From the NCBI RefSeq assembly GCF_008086595.1, contig NZ_RXYA01000003.1, positions 82,129 through 146,128 on the forward strand: 64,000 nucleotides of DNA. Reading direction: 5' to 3'. The number at the start of each line of letters is the position of its first letter. Position 1 is the stretch's first letter. Below, piece by piece: positions 63,254-64,000 of this stretch. The stretch is from Acetobacterium paludosum (GTDB lineage: Bacteria; Bacillota; Clostridia; Eubacteriales; Eubacteriaceae). The notes below the pieces were generated by a model. The model was not told the origin of the DNA, did not search any database, and worked only from the letters and a program-made list of their open reading frames with translations. Position numbers and translations under genes: made by a program.

Positions 63254-64000
63254 CTAATCTCTGAGTTCTTTGCCGGTTATTTCCAGAAAAACATCATTAA
63301 GGGTCGGCGGTTCCGAATAAATTTTACCGATACCAATATTCTGATCCTTCAAGTGATCGAGAATCATAATCAGATTATTTTTCCCCCGGCTTGATTTCAC
63401 CACCAGCTGATGGTCCGTTAGTTCGGCAGAAATAACATGTGGCAGTGATTTGATTTCGGATAGCTCCATCTCCTCGGGATTCAGCAGTTCAAGGTTGATA
63501 TGCTCGCCGGATTTGATCATCTTCTTCAGATCTTCATTGGTTCCCATGGCAATGATCTTGCCCTTATCCATGATGGCGATACGGCTGCAGATTTGTTCAA
63601 CCTCTTCCATATAATGAGAAGTATAGATGATGGTGGCACCCTGTCGGTTCAACTCCATGATCCCTTCCAGAATATTGTTTCGACTCTGCGGATCGACAGC
63701 TACTGTGGGTTCATCCAGAATGATCAGCTTTGGCTTATGGGCAATGCCGCAGGCGATGTTCAGACGACGGAGCAAACCACCGCTGAGTTTCTTCGGGTAG
63801 AATTTTTTAAAATCATTGAGCCCCACAAAATCGATGGCCTCTGCCACCAGTTTTTTTCGGGTTTGTTTATCGGAAACATAGAGACCACAGAAGTAGTCAA
63901 TATTTTCATATACGGTCAGCTCATTGAATACCGCCACGTTTTGCATCACAACACCGATGTTGCGTTTGATGGCGTAGGCCTCCGGGGACATCGGCTGATC
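63254..64000 (-). CDS. ABC transporter ATP-binding protein (partial; N-terminus with Walker A lies beyond the window end)
   Basis: Q-loop, signature LSGGLLRR, Walker B IILDEPTVAVD and H-loop present; the reading frame runs off the window at 64000. Confidence 0.8.
   Translation of the reverse strand, partial: DQPMSPEAYAIKRNIGVVMQNVAVFNELTVYENIDYFCGLYVSDKQTRKKLVAEAIDFVGLNDFKKFYPKKLSGGLLRRLNIACGIAHKPKLIILDEPTVAVDPQSRNNILEGIMELNRQGATIIYTSHYMEEVEQICSRIAIMDKGKIIAMGTNEDLKKMIKSGEHINLELLNPEEMELSEIKSLPHVISAELTDHQLVVKSSRGKNNLIMILDHLKDQNIGIGKIYSEPPTLNDVFLEITGKELRD

Overview
The window looks like a low-GC Firmicutes/Clostridia-type chromosomal segment with four main modules. (1) ~313-15787, minus strand: one long operon that looks like an undescribed Nif11-leader RiPP biosynthetic cluster. 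It encodes a 92-aa Nif11-type precursor (GG cleavage motif, 19-aa core LSIVGVDYAFTATQTTRMS), four cobalamin-binding radical SAM enzymes (one a 1196-aa tandem fusion, so five B12-rSAM domains), each with a C-terminal PqqD/RRE-like motif, an embedded lipoprotein substrate-binding protein, an HlyD-like protein and two PCAT-type ABC exporters, one with an intact C39 peptidase. (2) 18110-26800: a complete Fe-only-type alternative nitrogenase structural operon, anfH-nifI1-nifI2-anfD-anfG-anfK, with two downstream accessory ORFs. It is flanked by a divergent HTH plus molybdate-binding-like regulator and a TOBE/Mop molbindin, and has repeated candidate operator motifs in both promoter regions. (3) 27507-35958: signalling genes. 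A PAS histidine kinase carries ten tandem 20-aa (60-nt) signalling-helix repeats; with it are two receiver proteins (one fused to HD-GYP), a flotillin, and a CheY / CheC-like / PAS-GGDEF-HD-GYP operon. (4) 36197-46093: a gamma-glutamylation-type catabolic island under a two-component system. It has a glutamine-synthetase-like ligase, a C45 acyltransferase, an AmiS/UreI channel, a radical SAM/SPASM protein, a molybdopterin oxidoreductase, a PuuD-like amidotransferase and a GGCT-like protein. The remainder encodes housekeeping and redox genes (def, enoate reductase, MFS, TetR, PadR, flavoproteins, FIST+MCP, an ABC-2 exporter). No rRNA, tRNA, CRISPR or transposase was seen.
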